A stretch of 64,000 nucleotides of DNA from an uncultured delta proteobacterium (GCA_963816145.1 CAWFJP010000029.1:384001-448000), one strand, 5' to 3'. Positions 53,650 to 63,819 are shown, numbered from the stretch's first letter. The notes: generated by a model not told the origin, from the sequence alone. Program-made: numbers and translations.

Positions 53650-53742
53650 GTCATGCCGGCGCAGGCCGGCATCCAGTCTTGCTCGGATCGAGCTTCGGCC
53701 TGCCACCGAAGACGCCTGGATTCCGGCTTCCGCCGGAATGAC
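53650..53742 (+). repeat. REP/REPIN-like palindrome doublet, copy 3 (inside the liv operon)
   Basis: GTCATGCCGGCGCAGGCCGGCATCCA...TGGATTCCGGCTTCCGCCGGAATGAC. Confidence 0.85.
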
Positions 53743-53821
53743 AGAAGGAAAGTGAACTTCGAGTCGATAGTTTGACAAGCCGTTGGCTTTGAGCCGAGGG
53801 TTGCTGGTTTCAGATCATCGT

Positions 53822-54682
53822 ATGGAATGGCTAGAGACCTTTTGGGCGACTTACAGCACTCTGGTGCTTTCCATCGGCACCAACGTGCTATTGGCGCTGT
53901 CGATCTATTTGACGCTTGCCTGCGGGCTTTTGACCGTCGCCAATGCCGCCTTCATGGGTATCGGCGCCTATACCGCGGCGCTGCTCAGTTTGCACAGCGG
54001 TTTGCCTTTCTATTTGTCTTTGGTGCTCGGAGCGCTGCTGCCCGCAGCGGTGGCCTTGTTGCTCGGTCCGCCGACACTGCGGTTGTCGGGAGTTTATCTG
54101 GCGATGGCGACCTTGGCCTTAGGCGAGATCGTCCGGATATTTCTGCTCAACAGCGAAAATCTCACCGGCGGCGCTCTCGGCCTTAACGGCATCCCGCAGC
54201 ATACCCAATGGTACGATGTTGTCGTGATTGTTGTCGCCGCGCTGTATACGCTCTTGCGCGTCGCCGGTTCGCGCATCGGTCGAACGATGGTGGCGATCTG
54301 TCAGGATGAAGTCGCGACGGAACTCACGGGGCTCAACGTGCGCGCGTACAAGCTTGTCGCCTTCACGCTTGGCGCCGGGCTGGCCGGGCTTGCGGGCGGC
54401 TTGAACGCTCACTTCACTTTTTTCATCAGCCCGAACGAGTACGGCTTTGACCGTGGCGTGGAGATCTTGGCGATGGGGGTGCTCGGCGGCACCGGTAGCC
54501 CCTGGGGCGCGGTCATCGGCGGCGTGCTAATCACGCTCCTGCCGGAGTTACTGCGTGGTCTCGGCAATTACCGGCCGTTGATCAACGGGGTGATTCTGAT
54601 CGTCATCATTCTTTATTCTCCCAAGGGAATCTGGGATCTCACGCGTTTTATCCGGGTCAAGCGTGCCGCGGCAGCCAACTAG
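53822..54682 (+). CDS. livM: ABC transporter permease (LivM-like)
   Basis: LRLSGVYLAMATLALGEI, TGGALGLNGIP. Confidence 0.88.
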   Translation: MEWLETFWATYSTLVLSIGTNVLLALSIYLTLACGLLTVANAAFMGIGAYTAALLSLHSGLPFYLSLVLGALLPAAVALLLGPPTLRLSGVYLAMATLALGEIVRIFLLNSENLTGGALGLNGIPQHTQWYDVVVIVVAALYTLLRVAGSRIGRTMVAICQDEVATELTGLNVRAYKLVAFTLGAGLAGLAGGLNAHFTFFISPNEYGFDRGVEILAMGVLGGTGSPWGAVIGGVLITLLPELLRGLGNYRPLINGVILIVIILYSPKGIWDLTRFIRVKRAAAAN

Positions 54683-54684
54683 CT

Positions 54685-55473
54685 ATGCTGACATTGTCAT
54701 CGATCGCAAAGAATTTCGGCGGCCTGCAGGTGCTGCGGGACATTAGCCTGGCGATTCCCGAGCGCGGCATCTTCGGCCTGATCGGTCCCAATGGTGCCGG
54801 GAAGACTACCGTGTTTAACTTGATCACCGGTTTGTTGGCTCCTTCGAGCGGCACCATCGAGTTCCACGGACAACCCTTGAACGGCTTGCCGCCCCATCAG
54901 ATTACCCGAAGGGGCATCGCCCGAACCTTTCAAAATATTCGCATCTTCAAAGAGATGTCCCTGAGCGAAAATGTTTTAGTCGGCATGGGGCGGCAGGCGC
55001 GCTACGGCGCCCTGCGCGTGCTCTTGCCGTCTTCAAGTTTGCAGGCGGCGCAGCGCGCCGAACGAGCCGAGGCCAGGGAGCTGTTAGCAAGAGTTGGATT
55101 GGGCGATAAGTCGGAAATTTTGGCGGGCAAACTTTCATACGGCGAGCAGCGCCGCTTGGAGATCGCTAGGGCGCTGGCGACAGCGCCCAAGCTCCTGTTG
55201 CTCGATGAACCGGCGGCGGGCATGAATGGCGCGGAGAAGCAGCAACTCATGGAAGAGATCGTCAAGCTCGAAGGGAATGGCTTGAGCCTGCTGATCATCG
55301 AGCATGATATGCGTTTCGTTATGGGCCTTTGCCGAGAAATCGCCGTGCTCAATTTTGGTCAATTAATCGCCCAAGGCACGCCGGAGGCGATTCGCGCCAA
55401 TCCGGATGTCGTCGAAGCTTACCTGGGTGAGCAAGACGACGGCGATTCACCGGCCGTGAAAAGCCCGTCATGA
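54685..55473 (+). CDS. livG: ABC transporter ATP-binding protein (LivG-like)
   Basis: GPNGAGKTT, IARTFQNIR, LSYGEQRRLEIARAL, LLLDEPAAG. Confidence 0.9.
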   Translation: MLTLSSIAKNFGGLQVLRDISLAIPERGIFGLIGPNGAGKTTVFNLITGLLAPSSGTIEFHGQPLNGLPPHQITRRGIARTFQNIRIFKEMSLSENVLVGMGRQARYGALRVLLPSSSLQAAQRAERAEARELLARVGLGDKSEILAGKLSYGEQRRLEIARALATAPKLLLLDEPAAGMNGAEKQQLMEEIVKLEGNGLSLLIIEHDMRFVMGLCREIAVLNFGQLIAQGTPEAIRANPDVVEAYLGEQDDGDSPAVKSPS

Positions 55474-56183
55474 GCGTCTTGCTTGAAGTCAAGAATTTGC
55501 ATGTCCACTACGGCGCCATCGAAGCGGTCAAGGGCATCGATTTCTCCTTGGAATTGGGGCAGATTGCCACTTTGCTCGGGGCCAATGGCGCCGGCAAGTC
55601 GACCACGCTCCTGGCGCTGTCGGGCCTGGTCGACGCCAGCGACGGTTCCATCTTGTTTGATGGCAAGGAAATGCGCGGCCGGGCGCCGCACCAGATCGTC
55701 GATCTGGGCATGGTGCAGGTGGCCGAAGGGCGCGAGATTCTCACTACGCTGACGGTCCACGAAAATTTGCTACTGGGCGCCTATCGACGCCTGGATCGCG
55801 GCGAGATCGATTCTGATTTGGACAAGATGTTGGTGCTCTTCCCGCGCTTGAAAGACCGTCTCGGCGGTGCCGCCGGCAACCTTTCCGGCGGCGAGCAGCA
55901 GATGCTCGCCATCGCGCGCGCCCTGATGGCGCGACCGCGCCTCTTGCTTTTGGACGAGCCGTCAATGGGTTTGGCACCGCTCCTCGTCCAGGAAATCTTT
56001 CGGACTCTGAAGCAACTTCGTGAGAGCGGATTGACGATCTTGCTGGTGGAGCAAAATGTCCGGCAGGCGCTCAAGATCGCCGAGCGTGGTTATGTCATGG
56101 AGAATGGCGCCATCGTGTTATCAGGGCGGAGCGACGACCTGCTGCACAATGATCAAGTGATCGCCGCTTACCTGGGTGGATGA
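55470..56183 (+). CDS. livF: ABC transporter ATP-binding protein (LivF-like)
   Basis: GANGAGKST, LSGGEQQMLAIARALM, LDEPSMGLAP. Confidence 0.9.
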   Translation: MSVLLEVKNLHVHYGAIEAVKGIDFSLELGQIATLLGANGAGKSTTLLALSGLVDASDGSILFDGKEMRGRAPHQIVDLGMVQVAEGREILTTLTVHENLLLGAYRRLDRGEIDSDLDKMLVLFPRLKDRLGGAAGNLSGGEQQMLAIARALMARPRLLLLDEPSMGLAPLLVQEIFRTLKQLRESGLTILLVEQNVRQALKIAERGYVMENGAIVLSGRSDDLLHNDQVIAAYLGG

Positions 56184-56446
56184 GTCCGCTCGAGTGATCG
56201 CCGGATGTCGTTTCGTCACAAATAGGAAATCTTTTTTGGCTCAAGCAAAGCGGGGCAGTTGTTGCAGTTTCGGGAGCCTCAGGGGAGTTCATCGGGTTTC
56301 TAGCGGCTGGCGGAAAACTTACAGGTTTGTTCTCAATTGTGCCGATCATCGCTATTTGTGCACTCTTCCTTCGGGCCGAATTTCTCGGTTTGTCCCATAG
56401 TTGCGCAGCTGTCAGATCCTGTCCCGGCAAATTTGCAGGGCATTTG

Positions 56447-56461
56447 TGGCATGGATTCTGC
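56447..56461 (+). promoter_or_regulatory. Candidate sigma54 (-24/-12) promoter
   Basis: TGGCATGGATTCTGC: GG-N10-GC, close to TGGCACG-N4-TTGC. Confidence 0.55.
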
Positions 56462-56508
56462 CTAATCCTGCGGTTAGAAATCTGGCCGCAATCGAAGGAG
56501 GAGTTTCC

Positions 56509-56712
56509 ATGGATGAAATTTTGACCGCAGGGGAAGTTGCCGAGTTGTTACAAATTCACCCTCGGACGGTTTATAAACTGGTCAAGCAGGGTTCGATTCC
56601 AGGCCGCAAGTTTGGCGGCGGATGGCGTTTTAGCCGAACCGATATCCTGGCGATGGTCTCGCCCACGGGGCAACCGCCGGCGCCGCCCCAGTTGCACACC
56701 GAAGAGCGCTAG
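56509..56712 (+). CDS. Excisionase-like (HTH_17/MerR-fold) small DNA-binding protein
   Basis: ILTAGEVAELLQIHPRTVYKLVKQGSIPGRKFGGGWRF; AGGAGG RBS. Confidence 0.85.
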   Translation: MDEILTAGEVAELLQIHPRTVYKLVKQGSIPGRKFGGGWRFSRTDILAMVSPTGQPPAPPQLHTEER

Positions 56713-56735
56713 TTTCCAGCATCGAGTTTTCATCA

Positions 56736-56790
56736 AGAAGCCCTCCCGGATCGAGTCGCGTCGACTTCGAACGGGAGGGCTTCTATTTTT
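56736..56790 (+). terminator. Intrinsic terminator
   Basis: AGAAGCCCTCCCG...CGGGAGGGCTTCT followed by ATTTTT. Confidence 0.8.
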
Positions 56791-57014
56791 CCTAACTCAT
56801 CCCGATATCAAAAGATCCTAGTGGTTCAGTTCTGAAGTATTGTTGTCTTCGTTCGGGATGACGGCTACTCAGGTTTTGTCATTTCGAGCGCAGCGAGAAA
56901 TCGATCCAATCTGTGATCGGCGGAACAGGCTAAATGAAGCACGACCAAACTGTCGAGAGGCTTGCTTCCCTAACGCCAAGCAGCTAGGAAGATTGGATCA
57001 ATCTATATCAAAGG

Positions 57015-58199
57015 ATGGCATCCATGGGTGGGGCACTGGCGGGCATTAGGATTATCGAGGCAGCAAGTTATGTTACCGGACCGTTTGCGTCGCAGCTGCT
57101 GGCGGACTTGGGCGCGGAGGTGATCAAGGTCGAGGAGCCCAAGCGCGGCGATCCATTTCGCGGCTGGGGCGAGCGCAACTATGCGGCGACCTTTTGCAGT
57201 CTCAACCGCAACAAGAAAAGCGTGACGGTGGATTTCCGCACCGACGAGGGGCGCGATGTGCTGGTCAAGCTATTAACCGGCGCCGATGTGTTTATTCAAA
57301 ACTTTCGCCCTGGCGTCTTGGACAAGCGCGGTTTGGGCTACGGCGATATCAGAAAGCTCAACCCGAAAATAGTCTATTGCTCGATCTCGGGCTTCGGTCC
57401 CAAAGGGCCCTATCGCGACATGCCGGGCTACGACACCATCGGTCAGGCGCGCAGCGGCCTGTTGAGCTTGCTAACGGATCCAGGCAAGCCCCAAGGCATG
57501 GGCATATCATTTTCGGATCATCTGACCGGTATGTACGCCTGCTACGGCGTGTTGGGCGCGCTGATGAACCGCACGCTGACCGGCGAGGGACAGCATGTGG
57601 AGACCTCCTTGCTGCGTGCATCAGTGTCGTTTGTCGGCGAAAATGCGGCGCGCTATTTCGAGACCGGTCATGTGCCGCGGCGCAAGCATCGCACGACCAC
57701 CGCCGGCGTGTTCGCCTTCGAAGACCAAGAAGGCTTGGCGTTCGTGTTGCATATGTCGTCGCCGGATAAGTTCTGGTTCGGCCTGTTCGACGTCGTTGGC
57801 AAGCCGGAATGGGCGCATGACCCGCGTTTCAACAATCGCAAAGCGCGAGTGGAAAACTACGATGCATTGAACGACCAGTTAGCGCCGATCTTTCGCGCCG
57901 GCAAGCGCGAAGATTGGCTGCGCCGGTTGATCGCCAGGGACGTGCCGGCGGCGCCGATCAACACCCTCGATGAAGTGTTCGCCGATCCGCAAGTGAGATC
58001 CTACGGCTTCCCCATTGAGGTCGAACATCCGCAGATGGGTAAAATGCAGCTTATCGGCAACGCCGTCGACATGAGCCGCACGCCGCCGACCATCGATCGG
58101 CCGCCGCCGGTGCTGGGCGAACAGACCGAAGAGATTCTCGGCGCGCTGGGCTTGGATGCGCAAGCGATCGCGGATTTGCGCGCTAAGGGCGCGGTCTGA
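57015..58199 (+). CDS. CaiB/BaiF (family III) CoA-transferase
   Basis: LADLGAEVIKVE, LNRNKKSV, QNFRPG, SISGFG..GPY, PP.LGEQT. Confidence 0.93.
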   Translation: MASMGGALAGIRIIEAASYVTGPFASQLLADLGAEVIKVEEPKRGDPFRGWGERNYAATFCSLNRNKKSVTVDFRTDEGRDVLVKLLTGADVFIQNFRPGVLDKRGLGYGDIRKLNPKIVYCSISGFGPKGPYRDMPGYDTIGQARSGLLSLLTDPGKPQGMGISFSDHLTGMYACYGVLGALMNRTLTGEGQHVETSLLRASVSFVGENAARYFETGHVPRRKHRTTTAGVFAFEDQEGLAFVLHMSSPDKFWFGLFDVVGKPEWAHDPRFNNRKARVENYDALNDQLAPIFRAGKREDWLRRLIARDVPAAPINTLDEVFADPQVRSYGFPIEVEHPQMGKMQLIGNAVDMSRTPPTIDRPPPVLGEQTEEILGALGLDAQAIADLRAKGAV

Positions 58200-58265
58200 G
58201 CGATGATTCGAGTGATTGGAGTGCTGGGTTATCCAGACCCACTACTCCAATCCATTGATACTCCC

Positions 58266-58751
58266 ATGCGTCATCCCAGTTTAGTTCTTCTATCTCACGA
58301 CCATCACCATGGTCTGGCATTGGCGTTGCGTTGTCGCAAACAGTCGCTTGGGCAGATCAAGCCTATGGGTGCCGAGGGGCTGCGCGCGCGCGCTCAAGAG
58401 TTTCTAGACTTTTATCGTGCCAACCTTGTGGCCCATTTCAAAGCTGAAGAAGAAGTTTTGTTCCCGCTGATGCGCCAACAGGTGCTGGGCTGTGGTGTAA
58501 TGATCGACCAGTTGGTGCGCGATCATGAGCAGCTTCGCCGCTCGGTGCGGCAGCTTGAAGCGGGCACCGGCTTGGCAAAATTGATTTTTGACTTGGGCGA
58601 TCTACTAGAACGCCATATCCGCAAGGAGGAGCGGGAACTCTTCCCACTCTTCGAAGCTCATGTCGACGAGGCTCAGGCTGAGGCAATGGGCTTGAAGATT
58701 AAGGAACAACTTGGCGATGGCCGCACGATAAGGATGAAGGATGAAGGATGA
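58266..58751 (+). CDS. Hemerythrin domain protein
   Basis: RHPSL..LSHDHHHGL, HFKAEEEVLFP, HIRKEERELFP. Confidence 0.88.
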   Translation: MRHPSLVLLSHDHHHGLALALRCRKQSLGQIKPMGAEGLRARAQEFLDFYRANLVAHFKAEEEVLFPLMRQQVLGCGVMIDQLVRDHEQLRRSVRQLEAGTGLAKLIFDLGDLLERHIRKEERELFPLFEAHVDEAQAEAMGLKIKEQLGDGRTIRMKDEG

Positions 58752-58796
58752 AGGAAGCTCTTACACTTCGCCCCTCATCCTTCCGCCTTTATCCTT
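58731..58796. repeat. Inverted AGGATGA 7-mer repeat element overlapping the hemerythrin stop
   Basis: AGGATGA x3 ... TCATCCT TCCGCCT TTATCCT. Confidence 0.7.
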
Positions 58797-58800
58797 TTTT

Positions 58801-59154
58801 TTAGTCCATTAACTTCAACAAAACATGGCGGCGATTTTTCGTGTGCGGCCGCACTTGAGCGGGCCAGCGGCCGTCTTCGATGGCTTTGTCCCAGGCTGGG
58901 CTGGTGAGCACGTCGGGGCTTTCCAGTTCGTAGATCGCCGTATAGGTCGGTTCGTTTGGGATCTCGATGGTTTTGCGCTCGCCACCGATATTCATCGTTA
59001 GCGTCCCCCGTTTGTAGCGCGAAACGCCGAGAACGCCCGGAACCTTGAGCAGGTTGGGCACATGCTCTTGGTCGTAGACTTCGTTAAAGATCGCGTCATG
59101 TTCCGCGTCGACATCCATGCTGGCGATCATTAAGTATTTTGCTTTGCCTGCCAT
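58801..59154 (-). CDS. Dimeric alpha-beta barrel (EthD/DUF4286-like) protein
   Basis: FNEVYDQEHVPNLLKVPGV...Y.AIYELES. Confidence 0.7.
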   Translation of the reverse strand: MAGKAKYLMIASMDVDAEHDAIFNEVYDQEHVPNLLKVPGVLGVSRYKRGTLTMNIGGERKTIEIPNEPTYTAIYELESPDVLTSPAWDKAIEDGRWPAQVRPHTKNRRHVLLKLMD

Positions 59155-59301
59155 GTTTTTCTCCTCGTGCGGCGATTTTAAAGATAGGATAATTAGATTC
59201 AGAGAATGGATTCACCACAGAGCCGCAGAGCACAACAAGAATAACAATTTAATCTCTGCGAACTCAGCGCCTCTGCGGTAAAGATTCTCGTCAAAGGTTC
59301 T

Positions 59302-59664
59302 CTACATGCCCAAGAAGCTGCCGAGCTCCGGCGCCGGCGATTTGATCTCGACGACGATGGACTCTTCGATGCCCTCGACTCCATGAGGCACACCCTTGGG
59401 GTGGCGGCAGACATCGCCGGGGCCAAGGATAAATTCTTCCTTGCCCACGGTCATTTTGACTTTGCCCTTGACCACGTAGGCCAGTGATTCGTGGTTGTGC
59501 ACATGCAGCGGCGCGCCGACGCCAGGGGTGTAATGGATTTCCAGAAACGTCATTTCATCGCCGGTGATGAGCGGTTTCACTAGCAAATCGCCGCCATACA
59601 TTGGCTTGCCTTCGATGGCTTTGACGGTGATCGCTTTGACATCGGCGTTTTTCGATAGAATCAT
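59302..59664 (-). CDS. Cupin domain protein
   Basis: PLHVHNHE..YVVKG...PKGVPHG. Confidence 0.88.
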   Translation of the reverse strand: MILSKNADVKAITVKAIEGKPMYGGDLLVKPLITGDEMTFLEIHYTPGVGAPLHVHNHESLAYVVKGKVKMTVGKEEFILGPGDVCRHPKGVPHGVEGIEESIVVEIKSPAPELGSFLGM

Positions 59665-59828
59665 TTGCGCTCCTTCATCGGCTGTGGGGGATGGTATTAG
59701 GACTGGGCGGATTCTAACGATGGGGCGAATTCAAGTCAATGTGACGGAGCCAGAGACAACAGGTCTCCTCGCCTTTCTCATCAATCCTTGATAGGTGCAA
59801 AATAGCAAGAGATTCACTGGAGGGACTC

Positions 59829-60668
59829 ATGTTGGTGCAGGCTTTGGATCATTTTGTCGTGCCGGTTAACGATATCGTTGTCGCCGAGGATTTTTACGTC
59901 CAGGTGTTCGGCGGCAAGATTGTCAAACGCAACGGTCTCAATGTCAAAACCCAGGTTCTGGGAGCGCATACATTCATGGAAATCGCCGGCAAACGCATTG
60001 GCGTTTACCTGCAAAAAGAGGAACGTGGCCAGGCCATCGCGACCCGCGGCACACCGACCTATTCGTTTACCACCACCAAGCATGGCATCGAAGAGGTGAT
60101 GGATGCGCTGGAGCGGTGCAAGATCGTTTTCGAAGGTCCGCAAAAAAACAGCCATCCGTTCGCCACGACCACCCTGTTTTTTGCCGACCCGGCGGGCAAT
60201 AACTTCGCGGTCTATGTGCCGAGCATCGATGGCCAAAACACGGCCGCGACGGATGGGCGCCTAACCGGGGTAGGTTATTTGGAATTGGAGGCGCCCAAAC
60301 TCGATGATTCGATCAAGTTTTACGAAGCGGTTTTGGGCTTCGAGTTACTTAGCCGCGGCCAAGACGCCAAGAGCAAGCGCAATCAGACCGCCATGCGCAT
60401 GGCCAGCGGGCAACACTTGATTCTCACCGAAGCGCCATTCGCTCCCAAGGGTTATCCGATGAGCCGGAAAATCCCCGGCCCACACCTCGGTTTCTACGTC
60501 GCGCCGCAACAGTGGCGCGACGCGTTGGCCCAACTCGACCGCCTCGGCATTCCCAACGGCGACCGCGGCGAAGAGGCCAAAGGGCGCCATCCTGGCGGCA
60601 CCGCCGGGACTTACATGGACGATCCTGCGGGTTACGTGATTCAGTATATTACCGAGGGTATGCAGTGA
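59829..60668 (+). CDS. VOC/glyoxalase family protein (two domains)
   Basis: LDHFVVPVND, FFADPAGN, HLGF, YMDDPAGY. Confidence 0.85.
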   Translation: MLVQALDHFVVPVNDIVVAEDFYVQVFGGKIVKRNGLNVKTQVLGAHTFMEIAGKRIGVYLQKEERGQAIATRGTPTYSFTTTKHGIEEVMDALERCKIVFEGPQKNSHPFATTTLFFADPAGNNFAVYVPSIDGQNTAATDGRLTGVGYLELEAPKLDDSIKFYEAVLGFELLSRGQDAKSKRNQTAMRMASGQHLILTEAPFAPKGYPMSRKIPGPHLGFYVAPQQWRDALAQLDRLGIPNGDRGEEAKGRHPGGTAGTYMDDPAGYVIQYITEGMQ

Positions 60669-60695
60669 CACGGTTGCGGCGCGCTGAAGAGAGCT

Positions 60696-61067
60696 TCAAG
60701 CTTTGCTGGTGGGAGACGTCAAGCGCCATCGGCCGTAGGCGACGAATACAGAGAGCCCTCCGGTCATGAGCGGAATGAGTGCCGTTGCGATATCACCAAT
60801 GATCATAGTTACCACGGTCGCCCCGATCATGATGACGCTCAACCCAGCGGCGGCAAGCGGCGTGAGGCCGGGACGAACTCTGAAAAGCCAGGGAAGGATC
60901 AAACCTATGGCGCCGAGCAATTCCGCTACCCCAATGAAGCGGAGAAACCAGCCGGGCATGGCGATCTGCTTGGTCATTTCCTCGATGGGCGTGATCAACT
61001 TCATGCCGCCGGCGAATAGAAAAAGCGCGGCGAGCAATGCTTGGATAATCCACAAAGCAATGTTCAT
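60696..61067 (-). CDS. DoxX family membrane protein
   Basis: LWIIQALLA.LFLFAGGMKL, FIGVAELLGAIGLILP, LTPLAAAGL. Confidence 0.88.
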   Translation of the reverse strand: MNIALWIIQALLAALFLFAGGMKLITPIEEMTKQIAMPGWFLRFIGVAELLGAIGLILPWLFRVRPGLTPLAAAGLSVIMIGATVVTMIIGDIATALIPLMTGGLSVFVAYGRWRLTSPTSKA

Positions 61068-61291
61068 GATGGGTTTCCTTTCGTGGCGATTGTACCCTGT
61101 TAAGCGTTGTTAAATTCCGGTAGTGGTTCACTTCGAGAGGGCCACAGGTCTTCATCCTGAGGAAGCGTGCTCGCTTCGCGTGAGATGACAGCAGAATAGT
61201 CGATTTGTCATCTCGAACGAAGTGAGAGATCTCGGTGTAACTGAACCGCTACATAAATTCCACGGCCTGTTTAGTAGACGGCACTCGGGTA

Positions 61292-61831
61292 TTATTGTTT
61301 GCCGATTGTCTCCGCCACTGATTTCAATTGTGCCAAGCCCTTTTCGAAATCGGCGCCGACCAGTTTGTCCATGTTCATCAAAAGTCCGAAGGCCTTGGCT
61401 ATAAAATTGTTCGTGCCGAACATGCTCCAGGTTACTGTTGTTTGATTGCCATCGGGTTTGAAGCTGAACTCAGCGGTGTTAGTCGCGGCAAACGGTTTGA
61501 GGAATTCGAGCTTAATGCGGATGAGTTCATTCGGCTGGCTTTCCGTCAACGTCATTCGTCCCTCTCCAACTTGATCGTTGCCGGACCACGAGTAGCTCGC
61601 GCCGACGCCGGCGGATGCTCCCGCGAATGACTGCTTCATATTCGGGTCGAGTTTTGCCCAGGGCGACCAGCCATCCCATTTGTGGAAATCGTTGACCTGC
61701 TCGAACACCGTCGCTGCGGGTGCGTTGATCGACGTTGAGCGCACAATACGAAAATCGGGCGGCTGCAAGGCGATGACAACGGCCAAGGCGGCGAGAATTG
61801 CGAGCAGAGCGATAAGAACTTTCTTGAGCAT
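61292..61831 (-). CDS. SRPBCC (polyketide cyclase-like) family protein
   Basis: RSTSINAP..VF.QVNDFHKW..WSPW, VGADFEKGLAQLK. Confidence 0.88.
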   Translation of the reverse strand: MLKKVLIALLAILAALAVVIALQPPDFRIVRSTSINAPAATVFEQVNDFHKWDGWSPWAKLDPNMKQSFAGASAGVGASYSWSGNDQVGEGRMTLTESQPNELIRIKLEFLKPFAATNTAEFSFKPDGNQTTVTWSMFGTNNFIAKAFGLLMNMDKLVGADFEKGLAQLKSVAETIGKQ

Positions 61832-61901
61832 AAGTTGTATCTTCGTGGTTAGAAATTCCCCGTGTCTCCGAAACGTTGAACCTTGAATCTTCGAACGAGC
61901 C

Positions 61902-62198
61902 CTATCCCCCCGCGATCGCACCGATAATCATGAACGGCGCCGCGCCGGTGGCAATTGCATCGGGCAACAAGGCGTCCGGTGGCTCATGGGAAAGATCCTG
62001 CCCGCAGGCGAAGAAGCGCACGAAGGCGCGGCGGTTTTGCGTGACATGATCGCGGATCGTGCCGTGCAGCATCGGATAGCGCGCTTCGAGGGCGTCGAGC
62101 ACGCTGCGTTGGGTGACTCGGCCGGTGACTTCGAGCTGTACTTCGCCGTCGACCTGCGCCAACTTGCGCAAGTGCGCGGGCAGCGTGACGCGGATCAT
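61902..62198 (-). CDS. MoaD/ThiS family ubiquitin-like protein
   Basis: [10 protein letters not shown]...LEARYP.L.GTIRD...C-terminal AIAGG. Confidence 0.88.
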   Translation of the reverse strand: MIRVTLPAHLRKLAQVDGEVQLEVTGRVTQRSVLDALEARYPMLHGTIRDHVTQNRRAFVRFFACGQDLSHEPPDALLPDAIATGAAPFMIIGAIAGG

Positions 62199-63382
62199 GG
62201 CAGCGTCTGAACCTCCACCGAGACTACCGCCGGCAGATCGCGCACGATCGGCGCCCAACTATCGCCGGCGTCGGCAGAGGCGTACACCTGACCGCCGGTG
62301 GTGCCGAAGTAGACGCCGCACTTATCGAGCGAATCGACGGCCATGGCATCTCGGAGCACATTGACGTAGCAGTCGCTTTGGGGCAGGCCCTTGGTCAGCG
62401 CCTCCCAATCGTTGCCGCCCGTCCGGCTGCGATAGACCCGCAGTTTGCCGTCCGGCGGGAAATGCTCCGAGTCGCTCTTGATCGGCACGACATAGATCGT
62501 TTCCGGTTCATGGGCATGCACGTCGATGACGAAGCCGAAGTCGGTGGGCAGGTTGCCACTGACTTCATGCCAAGAGTCGCCGGCGTCGTCGCTGCGCATG
62601 ACGTCCCAGTGTTTTTGCATGAACAGTACGTTTGGCCGCAACGAATTCATGGCGATGCGGTGAACGCAGTGGCCAATCTCCGCAGTTGGATCGGGGATGT
62701 AAAGGGAATGCAAGCCGCGATTGATCGGCTTCCATGTATTGCCGCCATCGTCGCTGCGAAACGCCCCCGCGGACGAAATCGCAATGACGATTCGCTTCGA
62801 ATTGCTGGGATCGAGAATAATCGTGTGCAGACACATCCCGCCGGCGCCGGGCTGCCACGCGGATCCAGTGCCGTGACCGCGCAAAGCGGATAATTCCTGC
62901 CAGGATTTTCCCCCATCGGTGCTGCGGAACAGGGCCGCATCCTCAACGCCGGCATAGACCGTTTCCGGATCGTTAAGCGAGGGTTCGAGATGCCAGACAC
63001 GCTTGAATTCCCACGGATGCGGCGTGCCGTCGTACCATTGGTGCGTTGTCAGCGGTTTGCCGGTTTCCGCCGACGTGTCATATACGAATTTGTTGCTTTC
63101 GCCCTTGGGCGTTCCATCCGGAGCCGTGGTGGGTTCCCCCGCAGGCGTGCCCGGTTGGTGCCAGCTCTTGCCGCCGTCATCCGATCGCTGGATAATCTGG
63201 CCGAACCAACTGCTCGATTGCGATGCGTAGATTCGATTGGGATCCACGCTGGACCCCTTGAGATGATAAATCTCCCAGCCCGCGAAATGGGGCCCGCTGA
63301 TTTGCCAGTTTTGCCGCTTTCCGTCCGAACTCAGGATGAAAGCCCCTTTGCGTGTGCCGACCAAAACTCTTACGCTGCTCAT
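62195..63382 (-). CDS. BNR/Asp-box beta-propeller (exo-alpha-sialidase-like) protein
   Basis: [10 protein letters not shown] and repeated S.D.G.[ST]W Asp boxes. Confidence 0.88.
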   Translation of the reverse strand: MSSVRVLVGTRKGAFILSSDGKRQNWQISGPHFAGWEIYHLKGSSVDPNRIYASQSSSWFGQIIQRSDDGGKSWHQPGTPAGEPTTAPDGTPKGESNKFVYDTSAETGKPLTTHQWYDGTPHPWEFKRVWHLEPSLNDPETVYAGVEDAALFRSTDGGKSWQELSALRGHGTGSAWQPGAGGMCLHTIILDPSNSKRIVIAISSAGAFRSDDGGNTWKPINRGLHSLYIPDPTAEIGHCVHRIAMNSLRPNVLFMQKHWDVMRSDDAGDSWHEVSGNLPTDFGFVIDVHAHEPETIYVVPIKSDSEHFPPDGKLRVYRSRTGGNDWEALTKGLPQSDCYVNVLRDAMAVDSLDKCGVYFGTTGGQVYASADAGDSWAPIVRDLPAVVSVEVQTLP

Positions 63383-63404
63383 AGATTTTCCTTTCCGTTG
63401 TAAA

Positions 63405-63764
63405 TTAGACCATTGGTAAGCCGGGAATTTCAATGACCGGTCGAACTTCTACCGTGCCCTTGCGCGCCATCGGAATCCGGGCGGCGAGGCCAAGCGCTTC
63501 GTCGAGATCCTTGGCGTCGATCAAAAAGTATCCGCCCAACTGTTCGCGCGTCTCGGCGAATGGACCGTCGGTCACCAAGCGTTTGCCGTCGCGCACTCGG
63601 ACACTGGTAGCCATCGACGTCGGGTGCAGCGGATTTGCGCTTAGATACTTGCCGTTTGCATGGATCTCTTGGGCGAGCTGCGTCGACTCGGCGTAACATT
63701 CCTGCCGTTCGGCTTCGCTCAAAGGATTTTGCTCATTCAGGTAAATTAACAACATGTATTTCAT
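63405..63764 (-). CDS. YciI/DGPF family protein
   Basis: [32 protein letters not shown]. Confidence 0.92.
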   Translation of the reverse strand: MKYMLLIYLNEQNPLSEAERQECYAESTQLAQEIHANGKYLSANPLHPTSMATSVRVRDGKRLVTDGPFAETREQLGGYFLIDAKDLDEALGLAARIPMARKGTVEVRPVIEIPGLPMV

Positions 63765-63819
63765 CTCAGTGTCTCCGTTTCATGAACCGCGCAAGTATCT
63801 CTCAGGGGGGCCCGTTGGT

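Noticed and set aside
56509-56712. Prophage or ICE indicated by the excisionase-like gene
   Set aside because: No integrase, att site, tRNA or phage genes nearby; the flanks are metabolic genes.
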